Assembly (NCBI GenBank): GCA_023920165.1
Contig: CP089281.1
Coordinates: 248,001-312,000, forward strand
Source of the DNA: Curvularia clavata
Taxonomy: Eukaryota
DNA: 64,000 nucleotides
Direction: 5' to 3'
Both the position numbers and the translations under genes were made by a program. The notes under the pieces are model-generated. The model ran no database searches, was not told the origin of the DNA, and saw only the letters and a program-made list of their open reading frames with translations. Of the stretch, positions 1 to 12,036 are shown in pieces (positions within the stretch are counted from its first letter, which is position 1; the number at the start of each line of letters is the position of its first letter).

Positions 1-521
1 TCGGAGCTTGCTGGAATACTTGGGGACGATGCCTGAGGCGTTGAGCTTGAAGCAGATGTGCTGTCACTGGTAGTCGGGATATATGAAGGTCGATTTCCCA
101 CAGTCGAATTGTGATTGAACGCGGACGTAGCCGAAATAATGTTCTCGGGTGATGACAACTGGCTAACAAAGCTTGATTTTCCGACTGACGTTGCAATGGA
201 TGAAGAATTCCAGGATGCTGTATGAAAAGGCGCTCCGCTTAGAGATTCGTAGGTGCTGGAAGAGGAGGTAATCAGAGTAACTAACACCGGAGCTGTCGTT
301 GGCATTCCAGATGAAGCTATACCAGTAACCAAAGAAGGCTCAACAGTCGAGGGAAGGTCCCGTGGGACAAATATATCCTCGTCTCGACAAGTGTTAGCGG
401 ATTTGCTAGGATATGATTGCTATGATTGAGGAGACTCACAGCGCTCAGGTAGACTGTATGGCAAAGAGGCATCAACGCTAAACAAAGTCAGCGCTAGAGA
501 AAATACAAGGAGTAGTTCCAT
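1..521 (-). CDS. Secreted Ser/Thr-rich protein, 5' part (runs off the window edge)
   Basis: ATG at 521 gives the signal-peptide-like MELLLVFSLALTLFSVDA. Intron 439-383 (GTGAGT..GCTAAC..GAG) is followed by an open Ser/Thr/Pro-rich frame to position 1. Not in the ORF track. Confidence 0.65.
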
Positions 522-2059
522 ATCAATGAATGGAGACTAGATTCCTGGGGCGTAGAGAGATTGTTGTAAATTTGTACTTGGATAAGAATGATTGAAGGAA
601 GTTGAGATAGCTATGAGTGAACTTCGAAAGGGTTTAAATATTCAACAAAGCAGCCCACTTACGCAACAGACGTTGTACTCGAGAGACGAGAAGGACGTCC
701 AGACTAGACGGTAAAATCCCTCATCATCCTTGGGTTTCACAAGGTGACTTCGCCGCTTCCTGAAGATGACGAATTGTGCCTTTTCCGTCCACTATACTAG
801 GGTTTTCTGCAACGAAAAACAAGGTTGGAAACGAGGTGATGGGGGCGAGCAAGGACGGAGTCCGACAGTAGTTCTCAAGATGGAAAAGATTTCATACCGT
901 GGGCACCTATGTCTTCGCTTCATGCATGCGGCGTACAAATCATATGCCACGATCGTGATGCCACTCCGATCCACTCCCAGGAAGCTCTGTATCAAGGATA
1001 TTGGCCTGTTGAGGTTTCCCTTTGTCGCCTCCTTGGTACGTTAGCAATGGGGCCAAAATGTGCCGAATGGATAGGTATTGCGTTGGTAGATCAGGTCATC
1101 TGTAGCATTTGGGTGTTATGAATCCCCAACGTTGAGGGCTATGGCCTACCGGGGTGTGACTGCTTTTGAAAAGTAAGTTTCCTCGACCTTAGCATCAATG
1201 TGTTTGGCTGAGAGAAGTAAAGCAGCAGATATGGAGAAAATCGAGATCAAAACAAATTCAAAAACTCAATACCTGATCCCAATTGCCTTTGCACCTAAGA
1301 ATTACTCGCCGGTTAGATGCCGCAGTGAAAGCGGCATTATGACAGTGCTTGGCATTGTGTACCTCTTAGGAGAAAGATGACATCCTGTGGTGATGGAACC
1401 TCTACAACAACTTGGCAGAAAATAAGGGCCCCCACATGATACAAGATGTGTAGCACATAGAGTGTGTACGGCGTAGACAATGGTGCTGAGCCATGAAGGT
1501 GCATGGGGCCGATGCGGCGAGGTAACCAACATGTCATGTGCAAACCAACATACCAGTTGTAGTAATCTCAGGATTGTATAGACGAGCGATCCCAGCTTAA
1601 GCAAAAGTGACGTTGTGTAGATGGGTATGCTAAAAGGTTAGAGGAGGCGATGGTGACGATAGAGTTTCATGAGGATACCGTGCCGCATAACTGTACCTAT
1701 CGGGGTACGTGTGACGTCACTATCGATCCATTGTGATTGGCTGCATTAATATCGCTGGATAGAGATTAAAATTTTACATGTCTGTCCAGTCTACTGCGTA
1801 ACTATTATCTTTTCTTCTGTTTTGATACGGATATCAGCAGTAGAGAGGCCACTGCGGATCAGTCCGGAATCAGCTTTTGCGTGCACCAATCCTTTGGACC
1901 CGCAAAACCATTGTCGCCGCAACTTTGCCGCACCGCCGGAGAGAAACTTGCTTCCATGTTTGTAAACACGGAGGTATTTTCGTATTTAGGCAGAATACAA
2001 AAGATGCGCTAACAGCCCGCTTTGGAGACTCCACACACGTAACCTGCGAAGCCGAGAAG

Positions 2060-2642
2060 GCGGGGACCGAGGTATGGAGACCCGCGGAGCGGCAGATGAA
2101 CGCTGATTAGTTACTCTTGCGCCACATTGCTTGGAAATGAATAGTTCATGCGATTGAGCCTCAAAGCTTATCTTCTCTTGGGACGAAGGAAGTGAGTCTC
2201 GGCGGTTGCATGGCAAGACAGGATCCTCAACTTCGAGAGACTCAGAACTGTACCCCATAGACGATACCCAAATGCATGACTTGGTCAATAGCTCCATGAT
2301 GATTTTGCAGATAACGGGGCCCCGCCCAAGCCAACCCACTATTATATCCACTTTTCGAAGTTCGATCCAATGGTGTATATACTCGTCAGCGCCCTTAGTT
2401 CGTGCTCCGTTCGTACGAGGCGAGCGTCTGCTACTAATGCTCCGTAGCTCCATGCTTGAATTACCTCCTACAGCGGATCTCGAACATTGATTTCATTGAC
2501 CTTAACCGTCCTATTTATCCGCCATGAAAAGGTCGATAGAGCGTATAGCAAAGGCTTCGTGCCATTGAGGGCAAACTCGAATAACATATGTAGACCCAGT
2601 TCCCCACGATTGCCTTATCATTGGGTTCCAATCGTCCGGGGC
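2060..2642. promoter_or_regulatory. Putative CreA/Cre1 carbon-catabolite-repression sites upstream of the sugar transporter
   Basis: Several SYGGRG matches on either strand (about 2060, 2084, 2319, 2602, 2636). The motif is short, so chance hits are possible. Confidence 0.3.
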
Positions 2643-2754
2643 TTCGACTCAAGACCGGTTGGCAATCTAGCTCTTCAAATTTCGTTTCGCAGTCTTTCTC
2701 GTTATTTTTTTCACGTCTAGTTTTGGCAAATCGACGGACCCCAAAGCTGTCAAT

Positions 2755-4767
2755 ATGGCTCCAATTGGCGGTGGTGGTGGTGGCGGTGGTGATGTACAAG
2801 CGGCTGCTTTGGCACGCCGGAAAGCGCTCGCTGGTGAATCAGGACCTATGGCTCTTGTCAAGAATGCAAAGGTCTTTGGAATTGCATGCTTTGCTTGTCT
2901 TGGAGGCCTGTTGTACGGTTATAACCAGGGTGTCTTCTCCGGTGTTCTTACCATGAATGCCTTCAAAAAGCGTAAGTAACTCAATGCACGTTTCTGTCTT
3001 CCAAACAAATTCTCATAATCCTCAGACATGGGAGACTACATCGAAGATCCAGCAACCTTGGAATGGAACTCTTCGAAGCAAGGCTGGCTCGTCTCTATCC
3101 TCGAGCTTGGGGCATGGTTCGGAACCATGTACTCGGGTTTCCTCGCCGAGATCCTTTCACGAAAATGGGCGATCCTCATCAACGTTGCTATATTCATCGT
3201 CGGTGTCGTCGTCCAGTGCACAGCAATTACAAACGTTGGTCACAATGCTATCCTTGGCGGTCGCTTCGTTACTGGCATGGGAGTCGGCTCTTTGTCGATG
3301 ATTGTACCCATGTACAACGCAGAGATAGCGCCTCCGGAGGTTCGTGGTGCGCTTGTCGGACTACAACAATTGAGCATTACTTTGGGTATCATGATCTCAT
3401 TCTGGATCGATTACGGCACAAACTACATTGGCGGATCAGGAGACGGACAAAAGGACCCCGCATGGCTTATTCCTTTGGCCTTGCAACTTGCTCCAGCTGT
3501 TCTACTCGGTGTCGGTATGCTATTCATGCCTTTCTCGCCAAGATGGCTCGTTCACCACAACCGCGAAGCTGAGGCTCGCCGTGTACTTGCCCAACTGCGC
3601 GGTCTTTCTCAAGACGATGAACTTATCGAACTGGAATACGCCGAGATCCGCGCTCAGAGTCTGTTCGAAAAGAAATCGCTGGCAGAGAACTTTCCCCACC
3701 TCCAGGACATGAGTGCAACCTCGGTGTTCAAACTTCAATTCGTGGCAATCGCTAGCCTATTCACCCAAAAAGGCATGTTCAAGCGTGTCATTATCTCAGT
3801 ACTCACCATGTTCTTCCAACAGTGGTCTGGAATCAACGCAATTCTCTACTACTCTCCGACAATCTTTTCTGATTTGGGATTTTCAAGCAACTCTGTGAGC
3901 TTGCTGGCCACTGGTGTCGTCGGTATCGCCATGTTTCTCGCGACTAGTAAGTTGAAGCCTCGTGGTTTTTTCAAGTACCTCAAACATATATTAATGGATC
4001 TGTAGTCCCAGCGGTGTTGTACGTTGATAAACTCGGTCGCAAGCCAGTGCTTATCAGTGGCGCTATTGGTATGGCCGCTTGCCACTTCATCATTTCTGGT
4101 ATCGTAGCCAGTTTCGAAGACGACTGGCCAAATCATCAAGGCGCTGGATGGGCGGCATGCGCTATGGTCTGGCTGTTCGTCATATTTTTCGGCTACTCAT
4201 GGGGCCCTTGTTCGTGGATCGTCATGTCTGAGATCTGGCCTCAGGCAAACCGTCCCTATGGTATCGCTCTTGGCGCATCTTCCAACTGGTAAGTGAAGGC
4301 TTGTCCGGATCCACATCGATTCATTACGGTACTAACAGTAACTTACAGGATGAACAACTTCATCGTCGGTCAAGTAACACCGGATATGCTGACGCACCTG
4401 CGTTATGGTACCTACATCTTCTTCGGTCTCTTCACGGCCATGGGTGCACTTTTTATCTCCCTCTTCTTTCCAGAAACCAAAGGACTGTCGCTAGTACGTT
4501 TCAATCTAAACCATCATCAAAAGTTCATACGAAGCTGACGATGAATTACAGGAAGAAATGGATCACTTATTTGGCTCCGTTGGCGCTGCACAGCGCGAGA
4601 AGGAGCGCTGGGACGAGGTGTATCATGAGGTTGGGCTTACGGAACTCCTAGAGCGTTCTGGCCTGATAAATCGGGATACTCACTCGAACGCTTCAATTAA
4701 AAAGGAGCCGCCAAGCTACAAAGATACACTCGAGAAGGACAGGACGAGTTTCGTAGAACAGGCATAG
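2755..4767 (+). CDS. MFS sugar porter family transporter (5 exons)
   Basis: Motifs GGLLYGYNQG, PMYNAEIAPPEVRG, QQWSGINAILYY, VDKLGRK and PETKG. Introns at about 2972-3025, 3947-4005, 4289-4348 and 4494-4551 join the ORF-track fragments. Confidence 0.93.
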
Positions 4768-4975
4768 AATTGTGGTTTAAGGACTGCTGTTGTGGGTGTA
4801 ATGGGTAGATGATAGAATAGTACGACGAAAGTCAAAGAACGAGCGAGCTTCTTGTATGATCACCAGATAATATCACAGGATGATATCTGTATCGTTGCCG
4901 CTTCATGAAAATGGTACAAAATTCGCATCTCACATATGTCGATTGATAAATGTGCCTGAGTCAGCCCACAGTTTC

Positions 4976-6313
4976 CTACTTCCTCAAGTTCCTCGTCGTC
5001 TGCCTCTTAATCTTTTCATCAACCTTTACAACAGGCTTGATCACTCTCTTTGCCACAACAACGGGTTTTCTTGCCGCCAATACATCATTCCTTGCCTTCT
5101 TCTCCTGCTCCTCCTTCTCTGCAAGCGTCTGATCGCGGATTCTTGCTGCTACCTCTTCCCACACCCCTGGCACCTTAGTCTTCATCGTGTACGACCTCCC
5201 TTCTTTAACGTAAAACTTGAATCTCGGCTCATTTATTACGTCGAGTACCCTCCTCAGCACTCCCTTCTCTCTCTGTCTCTGCGCCCACGCGTCCGTCTTC
5301 GGAAGTTCAATGTTAGCAAGGCGGAATCTGCGCTCTGGCAGGGCGCGCAGCTCGTGCAAGAAAGCAGTTGTATGTTTGCGGAATGGGAATATACGCAAGG
5401 TGACAAACTCTAGCTTGGTGTTTGCTGTTGCGAGTGGGTTCCTGCGCAGAGTGCTGGCGAAACGTATGAGATCATGGCGGGAGCGTCGGGCAGATTCTGG
5501 GATCTGCAGGAAAACCTGGTGTACGAAGGGGGCGGTAAGATAGGCGAGAGTCAGGGTGGGGATGGTGCCCAAGATGCCGACTGGACAGGGTTGTCAATGA
5601 TAATGTTAAGGTGAAGAGGATTCATGATGCTGTAAATAAGGATGCGAAGAGTTGAACAATGGGGCCATGCATGTTCAGCTTTTACCCGTTTGGGCTCTCT
5701 GGTAAAATACAATCTAGGGTCTGCACAGAATGAAAGAAGGTGACAGCGACGTCATGGGGAATCATGCGAGAGTAATGAGACAGCAGCATGCATCGAACGA
5801 TAAATGAGGAGAAAAAGACTCATTACGAGTATAGTCACTCATAGCATAAAAAAGAAACAATAAGGTAAATAGGAGAAACTCACCAAGAATGGCCTGCATC
5901 TTCCTCATCCTTGTATCAGGCTGGTTTTCGTTGTTCCATAGGGGTGGCACGCCAAAGACCAGAGTGGTGCCAAATTGCAGCAAGGCCATTGCCTTCCAGA
6001 AAGAGATCCATGTGGTTCGTGCGTCACCCGCATCATAGATGAGTAGTCTCGATGGGTATTCTGACTTCTCATCAGTTTGATATGCGTATGTTTTGATCTA
6101 CACCTTGTACGCACTCCGCTCTTTTTCACCTGCTTTGGCTCCTTCTTTTGCCGATCTCCCGAACAAACGAAGCGTCGGAGAAGTAGAAAATTTCCTCTGA
6201 CATGCTCGGCACACGAAACTAGCAAAATGTGTATGGGTGACTGGTCCCTGACTTCTTGCTAGCGGTGCAGTAGTTCTGAAAGTGGCCGCAAATACGAAGA
6301 GCCTCGGCTGCAT
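4976..6313 (-). CDS. Conserved hypothetical fungal protein, probably mitochondrial membrane (3 exons)
   Basis: Arg/Ser/Thr-rich presequence-like N-terminus MQPRLFVFAATFRTT. Middle exon YPSRLLIYDAG...FGVPPLW. Intron 5883-5581 (GTGAGT..CAG). Last exon is ORF 4976-5572. Confidence 0.7.
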
Positions 6314-6715
6314 GTTGACTGTGAGCGAAGAGTTGAAGAGGAGGGAAGGCCCTGGTATGGCTGCAACAGTTGGGCAGTGGATTCCGGAGCGTAGAAGTCA
6401 CCTCAATACCGCCTTAGAAGGGCCGTCGTATAAGGTGGTAGTCACTTTTGTCGCTCGGAATTGGCCAATGACAGAGAGGCAGAAGACGAAACGGATTTCG
6501 AGTTTTCCAGTGTCGCGTTGTCACGTGCGTCGGCGGGCCGGCACTAGTGCCCCGGCCGGCGCTGAGAGGCCGACGTCTCAGGGTCCGCCAGATGCCACGC
6601 TTCCTCTCCCTGAAGCCGCCCGCCATTATGCTTCTGTATGTGGCTTGATCCACGACTGTTCTCTCTGTCAGCGCTTCTGATTCTTTGTGCATGATTCATG
6701 TGATAGGTTGCAATT

Positions 6716-7928
6716 ATGTTGTTCGCCCCCGCATTCCTGACGCTCCTTTCGTTCATTTCTCTCGGCTCCGCATACCACGAACTCAGCGACGAGACACTCA
6801 AGCACCTGCCCGGCCCCGGCGATGACTTCGACATAAAGAAAGGCTCCCTGCTGGCGCCTATACTGGTTCCCAGAGTATCTGGCACTGAGGGTAATATTGC
6901 CGTGCGGAAACATTTTGTAGACTTTTTCAAGTCGCAACTCCCGGAATGGAAGGTAGAACTGCACAATTCCACATCGAAGACGCCGGTAAGCAACGGCAAG
7001 GACGTACCTTTTGTCAACATTATTGCCACGCGCGATCCACCGGGCAGTATGGAGGGTGACGTGTCCAGGCTGGCACTGGTCGCCCACTACGATAGCAAGT
7101 TTACACCTGAAGGGTTCATCGGAGCCACAGATAGTGCGGCACCGTGCGCTATGATCATGCACATTGTGCGCAGCATTGATGCTGCTTTGACGAAGAAGTG
7201 GAAAGAGGGCAAGGGCGATGACTTCAATGTGGAGCACAAAGGCGTTCAAGTCTTATTGCTAGACGGCGAAGAGGCTTTCAAGAGTTGGACCGACACGGAT
7301 AGTCTGTATGGCGCAAGGTAGGTGACCTTCTCGTCGCAGCTATGAAAAATCGCTAAGTTGTCACGGCAGGGCTCTTGCTGAAGACTGGGAGTCGACCTTC
7401 CATGCCGCGGCATCCATCTATCGCACCCCGCTCGATTCGATAGAATTATTCCTCCTCCTCGATCTGTTGGGTTCCAAAAACCCACAAGTACCCTCATATT
7501 TTATGACTACACACTGGGCATACAAGAACATGGCGAAGGTAGAGGAGCGCTTACGAAAGCTCGGCTTGATGAAGTCGTCTCCGAATCACCCATCCAAAAT
7601 GGCGAAGCGCGAGAATAAGAAGCCTCGCGCTGAGCGACCATTTCTACCGGATAACAACAAGAAGAGCCATGATTTCTTGGGCGGTTTCGTTCAAGATGAC
7701 CACGTTCCCTTCATGGCTCGCGGCGTTGAGATCTTGCACATGATTCCTTCGCCCTTTCCGAATGTGTGGCATACTATGGATGATGATGCAGAACATCTTG
7801 ACGCGGACACAGTAGAAGATTGGACGAAATTAGTCATGGCTTTTACAGCTGAATGGATGGAATTGGAAGGATCCTTTGACTTCAAGACAGAGAAGCAAAA
7901 AAGAGAAGTCGAGAAGACGGAATTGTAA
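6716..7928 (+). CDS. Glutaminyl-peptide cyclotransferase (peptidase M28 fold), secreted
   Basis: Signal peptide, then AHYDSK, GATDSAAPCA, LDGEEAF, SLYGAR, QDDHVPF and WHT motifs. One intron at about 7318-7369. Confidence 0.92.
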
Positions 7929-8342
7929 GCAAGTTCTACCCAGTATGAATGTTTGTAAGTTAACGCATCGCAGTGAGATACCCTAGACTACTGCGAATGA
8001 ATCATTTCGAACATGGAACATGGAAGTGAGATTGTGTTCGTGTTCGTGTCCATGTCCTATATGACATTGTTTCCAAATCTTCGCATTGACTATTCATTCA
8101 TACTAACAATGGAACAAAGGCTATTGTGGGAACAAAGTGGTTGAATTACCATCCTTTCAGACTAGCCTCGACAAAGCTGTAGGCCTTTATACAGATGATA
8201 AACTTGAGATACCCATTCTACAGTTCGAGTCGGCCTATAATATTGTGTCGCATGACTCGATATTCTATACAAGAGAAACGTCTCCTCGAATCTCATCTTA
8301 GCAGTATCTCGTCGACGAAAACTCGCAAATCATAAGAACGCG

Positions 8343-10139
8343 ATGCCTAAACAAAAATCATTGAAGAAAAATGATGCTGCGCATCAAGAATCTCAGCGAC
8401 CTTTGGAACGCAGCAAGGCTCCACAAGCTGCTGCACATCGGCGAGGCGGAACACATAGAGTGCGCGACGAAGACAAGACGAATTCCATTTACGATATTTA
8501 CAACTACAGAGAGCTTGTTGATGCGACCAAGGAGCGTGGCATATATCGTAAGGATATGAAAAAGATGGAGATGGCTTGGGCACTTAAGCGAAACGATGGC
8601 GAGAAAAAGCGTGCTGAACGAGAGAATCTGATGGCATTGCAAAGAAAGAGAGAAGAAGCGAAGAGGGAGCAAGAGCGTATCACAGCAGAAAAAGAAGAAT
8701 TGCTGAAAGCTAGACAGAGAAAGAAGGTCGAGAAAATGAGGAAAAGAGAGCGAGATGAAAGTGTTAGCGACGATACCGAGAGTGAAGATGAGGCTGGAGC
8801 TGTGAAACAGGCTGGAGACGAATATAGGCGTGAAGCTATAGGAAAGGCACTAAGTGACACGTCCTGGGATAGCAGTTCCGCAGAATCAATGTCCGATTTT
8901 GACTCCGCAGATCAAGTACTCAAACCGTCCTGTAAACTCCAACTTTTGGAATGGCCATATCAGACAATGCCGCCCGTCGAACCCGATTCCTCTACTCCAC
9001 ATTTCCTAGATCTTCAACCTCGACAAATGCCCTATGCGGCACTGAGAGTCACAACTACGCTCAGTAAGCAGAAACTTTGCTTACCCGGTCTCAAGTACCC
9101 TTCTAGTATAGACCCAGATTATGTTCCCCTCGTCCCTGCCTCTGTGCGCACCGCAGCGCACAAAGGGCATCTAAAAGGCATCCTGCGCAATGCCTCCATA
9201 GAAACGGGTGAGGAGTGGGCTTCTCGTACGCTCGTCCAGGGAAGTACTGCTACTCTATATTTCCATCCTAGCAATCTCGGCAATCCAACAAAGAGCCTTG
9301 CTAGTGTGTATGAGAAGTGGAACTTGGAAAAGAGGTGGGTGAGGAGGGTGCATGCAACGCATGAGTCACGCCCTGGAGCTAGAGAGGCGAGAAAGAGGTA
9401 TAAAAAAAGATATAGGGGCAGAATGATGGCGGAAGTGTACGAGACGTGCAAGTGGAGGCCAACAGCTGTGGGATATATCCCTGCTTATTTGGATTTTGAC
9501 CCAGAAGCGGTAGATGAAGATGAGGACGACCAGGAGAGATCGCTAGAGAACCTGAGGTTTGTAAGGTTCAGTGGATGTGATGTGCCGCATTACTATTTCT
9601 GGGTCAGCGATGAAAAGGAGGGTGAGGAAGATGGAGAAGTGGAAGAGGTACGCCAGTACGAAATGGTTGGTGCACGGAAAAGGCCCTACAAAATCGTTGA
9701 ACAGGAGATTGAGGAAGATGGAGAGCGTGAGGAAGTTCGCCAGCGTCCACATATTGGTGCGCGGAAAAAGCCCTGCAGAACCGATCAACCGCCACCTGAT
9801 CGCGAGACTTGTAGAAACGAAACACCCATCAACGACAAAACAGAAAGTGTTTTGGAAGAGATAGGGTCGGATACAAGCGCAGAGGGACTGTTTCGTGAGG
9901 CTAGTGCTACATCTATGCTCAGTGAAGAAATAGATTGCAATCACTCGATTGCTAAGTGGCTGGATCATGTCGAATCAAGTCGCGATGCGCCGCCGACTCC
10001 AGTGAGTTTATCGGAATCTTTGGGAAGGGATGAAAAGGATGGGCTACACGGTTGGAAAAGGGCCTTCTCACCCATATCAGAAAAAGAGATGGGTGAAGAA
10101 TGCCCGTTTTGGCATATGCCATGGGCCAAGGGGCCATGA
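8343..10139 (+). CDS. Hypothetical protein with charged coiled-coil N-terminus
   Basis: 598-aa uninterrupted ORF with a K/E/R-rich helical region and no recognised domain. Confidence 0.75.
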   Translation: MPKQKSLKKNDAAHQESQRPLERSKAPQAAAHRRGGTHRVRDEDKTNSIYDIYNYRELVDATKERGIYRKDMKKMEMAWALKRNDGEKKRAERENLMALQRKREEAKREQERITAEKEELLKARQRKKVEKMRKRERDESVSDDTESEDEAGAVKQAGDEYRREAIGKALSDTSWDSSSAESMSDFDSADQVLKPSCKLQLLEWPYQTMPPVEPDSSTPHFLDLQPRQMPYAALRVTTTLSKQKLCLPGLKYPSSIDPDYVPLVPASVRTAAHKGHLKGILRNASIETGEEWASRTLVQGSTATLYFHPSNLGNPTKSLASVYEKWNLEKRWVRRVHATHESRPGAREARKRYKKRYRGRMMAEVYETCKWRPTAVGYIPAYLDFDPEAVDEDEDDQERSLENLRFVRFSGCDVPHYYFWVSDEKEGEEDGEVEEVRQYEMVGARKRPYKIVEQEIEEDGEREEVRQRPHIGARKKPCRTDQPPPDRETCRNETPINDKTESVLEEIGSDTSAEGLFREASATSMLSEEIDCNHSIAKWLDHVESSRDAPPTPVSLSESLGRDEKDGLHGWKRAFSPISEKEMGEECPFWHMPWAKGP

Positions 10140-10644
10140 CAAGTGCGTGCAACGATTCCATCCCGGTGATATGGAAGCCAAGAGTGTTTCAGGGTCAGAC
10201 TAGACATACTTTCTTCCACAGCGCTGTCTTGCAAACACTATGCTGTTCCCGAGCACGTGGTGTTACGAACAGGGCTTCGTAATCTTAAGTGAAATGGGGG
10301 TGTGATGTATGTACCTTACTATCTGCCTTGTCAAGCGCAGCTTATAGTTGCATGCATTAGCGTCTGGGGTTGTTTGCGATTAGCGGCATGAATGCCTGTT
10401 CTGGATAAGATAGGCCTGCGGCGCAGTCCTCAACAGCGGTGGTGACAGGGATCCAAATCCATGGTGGTTCCTCCTCTGTATTGGGTGCTAGGCATATTTT
10501 CTAGCCTGCTCTCAGCTTTGACAGTGAACGCTTGAAGGTCTCATTATTTAGAGCCTAGAGATGCATAGCGAGGTGATATACTCTAGACACATTTACTCCA
10601 CACTTTATCTGCCTTTACATAGGACTCTGAAGACCCTTGTCAAA

Positions 10645-11595
10645 ATGGACGCTCTCAGCCTTACTGCATCGATCGTAAGCGTCGCCACAGTCGCTATACA
10701 AAGCATCCAATTCCTCACCAATACTATCGAAAAAGTGAAAGATGCGCCCAATGTACTCAAAAGCGTTACCACCGATCTTCAGGCGATCCATCTGGTTCTA
10801 AAAAGCTTGAATAAATTATTGGAAGATGATCCCTCGCAGGATATACGGGATGTTCAAATGAAGTATGCTGTTGAGAACTGCAGCAGAGCATGCAGCACAT
10901 TCCAAGTGCAAGTTAAGGATTGGATGAAGCATTCACAAGAAGACAAAATGTTCTGGATGGATAGATGGAAAGTCGGATTGTTCGGCCTTGAGCGCGTCAA
11001 GACATTCAGAGCGCAGCTGAGTGACAGCAAAAGCACTCTCAGTGTCGGCTTGAATACTATCACAGTGTAATTCTGTTTCCCACTCCCACGGATATCTCGA
11101 CTAGTTCTAATATATTGCAGTCTTGCAACATCTCGCCAAGAACACGTTATGGAAGAGATGAAGAAAATGATCTTACAGCAGAATGAGGTTCTCATTCAGC
11201 AAAAGATCACACAAGCAGATACTGAAGCAGCAGAGACACAAAGCGCCATACACGAGCTGATAATGAAGATGGATGAGCATCAAGGTTCTGTGGTTCGACG
11301 GAGCAGAGTAGAACTTATTCGAGAGCTTGAGACGCAGCAAGCAACGAACAGGGTCCTCATGGATATGTGTGAGGAAGCTCTTTCTGCAACCACACAAGCT
11401 CGTACGGGTCAGAAGATCAAAGGGCTCAAAGCAACCAACAACAGCTCAGCTCTTGCTGGATTCATCAACACTTCCAGTGATCGATGGAATATTGATCAGG
11501 ACATCTCGGAAATACATGCAGATAACTGGAGTACTGCACTCGCAGGGGTTATGGAAAATGTAGATTTCAGCTATCTGGGCCATAAGGGGGTGTGA
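10645..11595 (+). CDS. HeLo-like (HELL) cell-death effector with C-terminal HET-s-related amyloid motif (298 aa, 2 exons)
   Basis: N-terminus MDALSLTASIVSVATVAIQ...DAP..L is typical of the HeLo-like fungal STAND N-terminal domain. Intron 11067-11120 (GTAATT..TTCTAAT..CAG) joins two ORF-track pieces in frame. The C-terminus has two 21-aa pseudo-repeats. Confidence 0.88.
11407..11556 (+). repeat. Two amyloid pseudo-repeats R1/R2 (protein level)
   Basis: R1 GQKIKGLKATNNSSALAGFIN (11407-11469) and R2 DQDISEIHADNWSTALAGVME (11494-11556), 29-aa period. Confidence 0.8.
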
Positions 11596-12036
11596 GGAAG
11601 TGTCTGTACGAATTTTTGTATGTAGCACTACAAGGGATGGATGCATTGCATCATGCAGCTAAGCGCTGCTCCTCAGGAGTCAGGAACGACATGATGGGAT
11701 TAATTTGCCCTCGTATCTCACGTCCCAGATGTATGCATTTCGGATACGCTATTACTTCTTTGGTTCAGCCGGTATGCATGCGCAGGGTGACGGTCACCCC
11801 TTTTTACGTTGGGGGCGTAACCCCAATCTCGCCTGTGACCAACCCGACATACGTGAAACACAACCGAGTGCATGGGCAACCGTGCCGCACGCCTACATGT
11901 TTGCCGTTGCATGTCCTCCCTTCTCCTTCCTGGAACCCCACAGTACTCATAATACTGATATATTTCTACTCCTCAGGCAACGGGGCTACTCGTCGGTCGA
12001 CAAAAACTTCCATCTCAACGTCTAATTTTCAGAACA

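Noticed and set aside
1986..2453. 155-aa minus-strand ORF upstream of the sugar transporter
   Set aside because: No recognisable domain or coding-like composition, and it lies in the likely promoter.
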